DNA of 64,000 nucleotides from Parachlamydiales bacterium (GTDB lineage Bacteria; Chlamydiota; Chlamydiia; Chlamydiales; SM23-39): NCBI GenBank assembly GCA_041661445.1, contig JBAZUK010000001.1, positions 450,027 to 514,026 of the forward strand, read 5' to 3'. Shown piece by piece: positions 57,890 to 64,000 of this stretch (position 1 is its first letter; each line of letters starts with the position of its first letter). The notes under the pieces were generated by a model. It saw only the letters and a program-made list of their open reading frames with translations, ran no database searches and was not told where the DNA came from. The position numbers and the translations under genes were made by a program.

Positions 57890-58708
57890 CTACTTAATAT
57901 TAAAAATTTTTTGATGCTCTAATACGGGGAATCTCTTTCGAAGAATTTTAAGATACTCTAAATCTATTTCCGCTAAAACTACCCCTTCTTCTTCTTCAAG
58001 CGACGCGAGTACTTTGCCCCAAGGATCAACAATCATGCTATGACCAAAGGATTGAAATCCTGTTGGATGTATTCCAGTTTGGTTAGAAGCTATAACATAA
58101 CATTGATTTTCAATAGCCCTTGCTTTAATTAAACATTCCCAATGTATTTTTCCAGTAGTATTTGTAAAAGCAGAAGAAATGCTAATAATGTTTACCCCAT
58201 TCTGAACCTGAGCTCTAAATAATTCAGGAAATCTTAAATCATAGCATATAGATAAACCTAATTTACCAAATGGAGATTCAATGCAAATAATTTTTTTTCC
58301 GGAAGTGATAGCCTCAGATTCTTGGTATTGTTCGTTCTCATCAACAAAGACATCGAATAGGTGCATTTTATCATAACGAGAGACAATTTCGCCTTTTTCA
58401 TTCCAAACGATGGAGCTTGAGAATGTTTTTCCATTCTCCTCATCTATTATTGGAATTGTTCCACCGATTAACCAAACATTATGATTTTTTGCTAATTTCG
58501 ACATGAAATCTTGAATTGGTCCATTTTGATATTTTTCGCTGACAAGAAACTTGTCTTTTTCATTTTTTCCGAAGAAAGCTGCATTTTCTGGTAATACTAT
58601 CAATTGAGCGCCCTTTTTGGCGCTATCTTGTACTAATTGAGCTACTCTTGCCAAATTAACTTTAACTGAATCACCTGAATTCATTTGTATTGCAGCAACA
58701 AGATTCAT
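57890..58708 (-). CDS. Carbon-nitrogen hydrolase (Nit/omega-amidase-like)
   Basis: Glu-Lys-Cys triad context: LIVLPENAAF, YDKMHLF and LSICYDLRFPE. Confidence 0.85.
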   Translation of the reverse strand: MNLVAAIQMNSGDSVKVNLARVAQLVQDSAKKGAQLIVLPENAAFFGKNEKDKFLVSEKYQNGPIQDFMSKLAKNHNVWLIGGTIPIIDEENGKTFSSSIVWNEKGEIVSRYDKMHLFDVFVDENEQYQESEAITSGKKIICIESPFGKLGLSICYDLRFPELFRAQVQNGVNIISISSAFTNTTGKIHWECLIKARAIENQCYVIASNQTGIHPTGFQSFGHSMIVDPWGKVLASLEEEEGVVLAEIDLEYLKILRKRFPVLEHQKIFNIK

Positions 58709-58720
58709 AGAAAATCCCTG

Positions 58721-61699
58721 TTAATTTTCTTTTTTCCAAATTGTATATCCATAATTAATATATTTGTCTTGATTTGCGAAATTAAATAAGAGTAGGGGCT
58801 TTTCTAAATGAGCTGTGGATAGTTTTTTGCAATAAATTGATAAAGCCGCAATCATTTCTATTCTACTTGATTCAACATGCCAAATACCAAGGGATGGGCA
58901 TAATAACAATTCATCAATAACGCTGTTTTGAGCTGTTTGAATGCATGCTTCTATAACTGAGTGTAAAATAAATATCACATTTTCGTTATTTAAAAAATTT
59001 GATGATGGGTTTATCCCTCTTATAAAAAGAGTTTTTTTCATTCCATTATTAAACACATATGCTTGAATATTACCGATAACACGGTTTTCTTTAGTTACAA
59101 GATTAAAATGAAAATGATCTTCTCTTTTAAATAAATTTAAATCAATTGCAGTACAAATTCCAGATGAGGCTTTTGCAAAAAAAGAAACAAAGTTTTTTGA
59201 TGGATAAATTTTTAAGATTTCCAGACCATTTTCGGTTTTGTTTTTAAAATAATAACACATTTCGATTGGATCCCAATCTTTACCATTAAAATTAATTTTT
59301 AAGTCATTAATATGAAAAGAATAATCTATTAATTGAGAAAAATAAGATTTTAATGATTCAAGGTCCATATTCACAGGTCTAAAAAAGTAATAGATTATTT
59401 CATGAAAAATATCTTCCGGATTTGCATTATTAAAAATTATATTTTGATTTTTTAGTTTTTCCAAAAATATTTTAATTACTTGATTTTGATCAATCAATTT
59501 ATTAGGAAGGATATAAAAATATAAACTTTTTATTGTACTTATAAATTCATTGACTAAATTTTCCTCATTAAAATGTTCATAAAAAAATTTAAAAAAACAG
59601 GTGGTAGATAGTCCTTTTTTTGCTGCATTTAAAAAAATAATATGAGTCTTTTCATCAATACTATTTTGTGAATTTAAAATGTCTGCAAGACAACTTATTA
59701 TATTGGAAAAATCGTTAGGAGCATTATGCAATAATATTTTTAAGAACTTTTTGATATACTCTTTGTTGTTTTCTTTTTCATTTAACAGAATGTTTTCTAA
59801 TTTAATGAGCATTTTTTTATGAAAAAGGAGAATTTGACGATAGTCAGTAATAATGCCCCAATCACATAGTTTTTTTAATATTGAAGCTTCTTTACATCTT
59901 AAAATGTCAACAACATGCTGATGTCCCAACAAAGACCATAAAAATTGAAAAAATTCATTTTTTGGCAAATTTAGTGTAGCTGTTTTTTTGTTAGGGAGAA
60001 GATCGATTAAAAAACAAACATCTTTTGAATCCATCGCAAAAAGAGATAAAGTTTCTTTAAATTCATCAATTATCGTCTCTAAGGAAATATTTTGTTTTGG
60101 ATTATTGATGTCAGGTTTAAATAATCCAAGAACCTCATCTTTTTCTAAACTTTGAATTTGAATTGTTTCATCCAAAATACGATCAATGCTGATGTCAAAA
60201 TTGTTATCTTTTTTTTCATAATCTTGTTTGTCGTAAATTTTATTTGGTACTTTTTCAGTTGGATTTAAAGATTGATTAAAATTGCTTTCTTTATGTTCAT
60301 TTTCTAGATCACGGAGATTAAGAACTATAAAACCTTTATTATGATTTAAAACACTTATATCATCTGTTGAATTCAACTTGTTTGATTCTAGAGAACAATA
60401 TCCAATAGATTTACCATTCAAAATTAAAAAACCGCTCTTATTTAACTGGTTATTATTTTGATTCAAAAATGTATCAGTAATAAAAGCTGCTTTTTGATCT
60501 TCTAAATTAAATAATTTATTGAGCCTGAGATAATAAAAAATACAACCCAAAGTTTGTTTCGAATGGTTTTGTAGAGTACTAATAGAAAAAAATATTACCC
60601 ACTTTGATTTAGCTTTAGTGATCTGTAAAATATCAGAAATTAAATTGGAAGGTAGAACTCTTCTTAAAGGGCCCTCTATTTCATTCGATGTTAAATATAA
60701 ATATTGAAGATTATTTTCAGTTTCATTTACCACAAATTCTCTTATTTTCTCAATATGATAAGAAGCATTATCTCCAAGATGAAAGGTTATACAATTAATA
60801 TGTTTGTTCTTAAAAAAAGCTAAATCATATTTTTTAAATAATTCAGTTAAGTCTAAAATTTTAATAGGGAATCTTATGTCTGGTGTTAAGGAACCAAATA
60901 ATGAAAAAGCTGTTTCTGATGATAAAAGCTCTATTTTATTAATTTTTTTTAGTCGATTAAAAGCTAAGATTATATTTATAATATTTTTTGACAAAGAGAC
61001 AAGTTCAGCAAAATTTGTTCCATTTATGCCGATTCTAATCTCAAAAGTTGAATTTGTTAAGGTTTCAACTTTTTTCATGAAATGAAAATGTCTATTAAAG
61101 CCATTTTTATTAATTGATTCCAGAGTTTTTAAGGATTCTAAATAAGAGATGTTTTTTTCTTTTGATTCATTATTTAAATTCTTCTTTTTTAAAAAAAAAT
61201 CGGCATCAATTTCTAAAAACATTTTTGATTTTAAAAAACCACGGATCTTATCAATCAAATCAGTGTAAAATAACATAAAATCAAAATTATTGTTTTTAAC
61301 TAAGAAATTACTATTGGTTTTTAGAATATTTAAAAATTCTTCATCTCTCTTCATTAATGATAAAAAAACATTTTTATCATCTAACAAATAACATTCATCC
61401 ACAACAATTTCGATGTATTTGTTAATCAATAATCTTTCTGAAGTTGCGATTTGTTCTCTTAGGCGTAATATTCCTGAAATATAAACCCGTTTATTAGTTA
61501 GAAAGTTAATAATTTGTCGATTTAGTATGTTTTTTTGGATTATAGCTTGTATATATCCAAATTGATCTTGCAATAATAAAAAGATAACATTTCCAATATT
61601 TCTACAAGAATTAACATATCCAGTAAAAAAAACTTTTTGATTGAGTTTTTTTTTATAGTTTTTTTCAAAACTAACAATGTTATGAGAAATGTTTTTCAT
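58721..61699 (-). CDS. Large (992 aa) protein with a degenerate AspRS-like N-terminus (OB fold plus motif-1 region) and a long uncharacterised C-terminal region
   Basis: [34 protein letters not shown] parallels E. coli AspRS [55 protein letters not shown] parallels the motif-1 region VRRFMDDHGFLDIETPML. Motif-2/3 catalytic signatures are not recognisable. Confidence 0.55.
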   Translation of the reverse strand: [992 protein letters not shown]

Positions 61700-61711
61700 A
61701 ATTTTTTATCT

Positions 61712-63022
61712 TTAAAAAGCAACGTTAGACGCTTCTTGTGTAGTTCTTAAAAGTTCAGGACTATTTTCCATTACTTTTTTCAATGCACGAACAATATCAT
61801 ACATGCTTTCTTCATCATCTAATAATAGCGAATGATGTAATGTTAAGTAAGTTGATCTAGCTACCTCTCCATTTGGTAAAGAAAACCTTTTAGGATCCAA
61901 AGCATTTCTTGTTTCTGAATTTTTCACGCGAGATGAGCGAGTAGGACAGTATAATGGGTGATTATTCAATGGTTTGTAAATTGGATTTATATTAGCATTA
62001 AGCTCAAGACTAAGAGCTCGAGAAATTGAATCAATTGAATTATTTGCAAAGTCTTTTAGGTTGCATTTGAAAACATAATTATAATAAGTCGGAAAAGTGA
62101 CCTTTTTGTCAAATTCTAAGGGTTCTATGCCAATTTCTTTTAATAGTTTTGATAAAAGATTAGCTCTTTCTTGACGAATCATATTTTCTTCATCTAAGGA
62201 TTTTAATCCCCCTAGCAAAATTGCAGACTGAAATTCAGATAAACACATATTATGTCCTTGGATTTCTCCAACTTCAATTAATTCCAATCTTCCGATTTCG
62301 GGATTATTTCTAAACAATCTTCCATCGCTTCGTAATTGTTCAATCAAAGAGGCTAATTTTGAGTCATTAGTAATTACAGCTCCACCTTCACCACTTGTTA
62401 ACAATTTAGATTGTTGCATACTAAAACACCCAACATGACCAAATGTTCCAACACGTTTGTTATCCCAGCAAGTTCCATGAGCTTGAGCGCAATCTTCTAT
62501 AATTGGGATATTCATTTCCTTAGATAAATTTAAAAATTCATCTAAGTAGCCGACAGATCCGTAAAGATGGACTAACATGATAGCTTTTGTTTTTGGAGTG
62601 ATTGCTTTGCGTGCTTGTTCTAAGGACATCGTTAATGTCTTACTATCAACATCAACTAATATTGGAATAGCTTCTAAGGTAGTAACAACCGAAGCGCATG
62701 CAACCCATGTAACACCAGGAACTAAAACCTCATCTCCAGGACCAACACCTAAAGCTAATAAAGCTAATAATAATGCGCTCGTTCCATTAATTGTTGGAAT
62801 ACAATATTTAGCACCATTATATTCTGCAAATGCTTCAGCAAATTTTCTTTCATGACAAACTTTACCTGTATATGCTCCACTAATAGCCCAACGTCCTGAA
62901 TGTAATGCCTGTAATAATTCTTTTTCCATGGCTAATGTTGCTTTTGGCCATTTTGGCCATGTTTTTTTTCGTATAGGCTCACCACCTAAAATAGCCAGAG
63001 ATTCCTTACATGCATTATTCAT
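61712..63022 (-). CDS. PLP-dependent DegT/DnrJ/EryC1-family aminotransferase, BtrS-like (glutamine:inosose aminotransferase type)
   Basis: LAILGGEPIRKKTWPKWP, RWAISGAYTG..ERKFAEAFAEYNGAKYCIPTINGTSAL, PLP-Lys context FSMQQSKLLTSGEGG, and CLSEFQSAILL. It is collinear with B. circulans BtrS as I remember it. Confidence 0.88.
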   Translation of the reverse strand: MNNACKESLAILGGEPIRKKTWPKWPKATLAMEKELLQALHSGRWAISGAYTGKVCHERKFAEAFAEYNGAKYCIPTINGTSALLLALLALGVGPGDEVLVPGVTWVACASVVTTLEAIPILVDVDSKTLTMSLEQARKAITPKTKAIMLVHLYGSVGYLDEFLNLSKEMNIPIIEDCAQAHGTCWDNKRVGTFGHVGCFSMQQSKLLTSGEGGAVITNDSKLASLIEQLRSDGRLFRNNPEIGRLELIEVGEIQGHNMCLSEFQSAILLGGLKSLDEENMIRQERANLLSKLLKEIGIEPLEFDKKVTFPTYYNYVFKCNLKDFANNSIDSISRALSLELNANINPIYKPLNNHPLYCPTRSSRVKNSETRNALDPKRFSLPNGEVARSTYLTLHHSLLLDDEESMYDIVRALKKVMENSPELLRTTQEASNVAF

Positions 63023-63064
63023 AAATTATTACTCCTGTTGTTATCAAAATTTGTTGTTTGAAGC

Positions 63065-63790
63065 TCAAGGGTGGATGTCATAAACAATTGGGTCTATGTG
63101 AGTAGTATTATCACATTTACAACATACCTGTTGATTATTTCTATTTCCCTTTTCTAATTCGTTTCTAACATTAACAGCTAAAGGAGAATTCCATATTTCT
63201 TCAACTGAGTTGTTAAAAATATTTCCCAAAATCAAAGTTTTATCAGCATCCTCATAGCATAAAATTATATCACCATTCACACCAATAATTAACATGGTTG
63301 ATGGGGCAAAACAGGGAATAGATAAAGTTGATGTTTTTTTTAAAACTTTACCACCCCTATTTGTTAAATTAAGATCTATAGGCTTTAAAACAATTTGGCC
63401 TTCTCTTTGAGGATAGATTTTTCCACTATGTGAAGTTATTACAATTTTTGAAACTCCCAAAGCTATTAATTTGTTAAATGTTTCATCGGTCAATAAATCT
63501 CCATTAGTAAAAATTACTTGGTGAGCATTAGGTAGGATTTCTTTAGCACAGATAATCATTTCATCCAAATTCGGATGTAAAAGAGGTTCATTAAAAAAAT
63601 GAAAAGACAATCTTCCTGAAAACTCAGCTTTTTTTAAAGAATTCATTATATGTTGAAAATTTTCAACGTTCATAAATACTGGAGGTTTTCTATATTCAGG
63701 AATTCCTTGTGGGCAATATGGACATTGTCTGTTACAATGAGAATTAATTTCAATTTCAACCATTTTAAAAGGGGCAATAAATTTTGTCAT
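63065..63790 (-). CDS. Radical SAM enzyme, BtrN-like (aminocyclitol dehydrogenase type, twitch/SPASM-like auxiliary cluster)
   Basis: CNRQCPYCP (CxxxCxxC), GRLSFHFFNEPLL, IFTNGDLLT and TNRGG. C-terminal Cys residues (PCFAPS, LCYED, CCKCDN) could bind an auxiliary 4Fe-4S cluster. At 241 aa its size is similar to BtrN. Confidence 0.82.
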   Translation of the reverse strand: MTKFIAPFKMVEIEINSHCNRQCPYCPQGIPEYRKPPVFMNVENFQHIMNSLKKAEFSGRLSFHFFNEPLLHPNLDEMIICAKEILPNAHQVIFTNGDLLTDETFNKLIALGVSKIVITSHSGKIYPQREGQIVLKPIDLNLTNRGGKVLKKTSTLSIPCFAPSTMLIIGVNGDIILCYEDADKTLILGNIFNNSVEEIWNSPLAVNVRNELEKGNRNNQQVCCKCDNTTHIDPIVYDIHP

Positions 63791-64000
63791 TCTTACTTCC
63801 TAAGTTTAGCATTCTAAATAAAATAAGTTATAAAAAAATAAAAAGCAAAGAAGTTCCTAAAATTTTCTAAAAATTTTTTCTGCACAAAGTTAAAATGGAC
63901 TTATATCTAGTTTTTGTGATGCTCATGTTTATACTTATATTGTTATATAGTTGGTTGCTCTTGAGAATAAGGGACCTCTAGAGTTCTTAATAATTTTAAT

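Noticed and set aside
1-64000. I searched by eye for rRNA genes, CRISPR arrays, intact IS elements, integrases, prophage genes and toxin-antitoxin or restriction-modification defence modules.
   Set aside because: I recognised none. All long ORFs are accounted for by the features listed, and the only mobile-element signal is the short transposase-like remnant at 52341-52511.

Overview
This is a very AT-rich bacterial window whose housekeeping genes and local gene order look chlamydial (phylum Chlamydiota). The supporting signs are a double-length tandem UvrA next to pyruvate kinase, a PknD-type Ser/Thr kinase, an htrB...ybbR-dacA (c-di-AMP) block, a membrane-anchored CE-clan Ulp1/ChlaDub-like protease and an Inc-like membrane protein. 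Core genes present are valS, trpS, uvrA, pyk, rsmE, lpxL/htrB, dacA, ybbR, nusB, murB, folC, tRNA-Val, infC-rpmI-rplT-pheS and tRNA-Ser. Two accessory blocks interrupt this backbone.

(1) 4.5-22.7 kb is a hybrid NRPS-PKS-NRPS gene cluster. It holds an Sfp-type PPTase, an A-T-C-T NRPS, a KS-AT-KR-DH-T PKS and a C-A-T-TE NRPS. It also holds a beta-helix protein, a methyltransferase, a membrane protein, a free-standing C domain and a secreted APH-like kinase. The cluster sits between valS and pknD, which I recall as neighbours in Chlamydia.

(2) The region downstream of tRNA-Ser (51-64 kb) carries an M48-like peptidase, a decayed transposase fragment, a class II Fic protein and a methyltransferase. 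It also carries a ~9 kb minus-strand operon that I consider the most interesting object in the window. That operon combines a BtrN-like radical-SAM enzyme, a BtrS-like glutamine-type aminotransferase and a DHQS-like sugar-phosphate cyclase, which is the enzymatic trio of 2-deoxystreptamine/aminocyclitol biosynthesis. These are joined by a 992-aa protein with a degenerate AspRS-like N-terminus, a Nit-family amidase, a xylose-isomerase-like TIM barrel and an EamA transporter.

I found no rRNA, no CRISPR array and no intact integrase or prophage. All assignments come from reading motifs in the supplied translations; no database searches were run.
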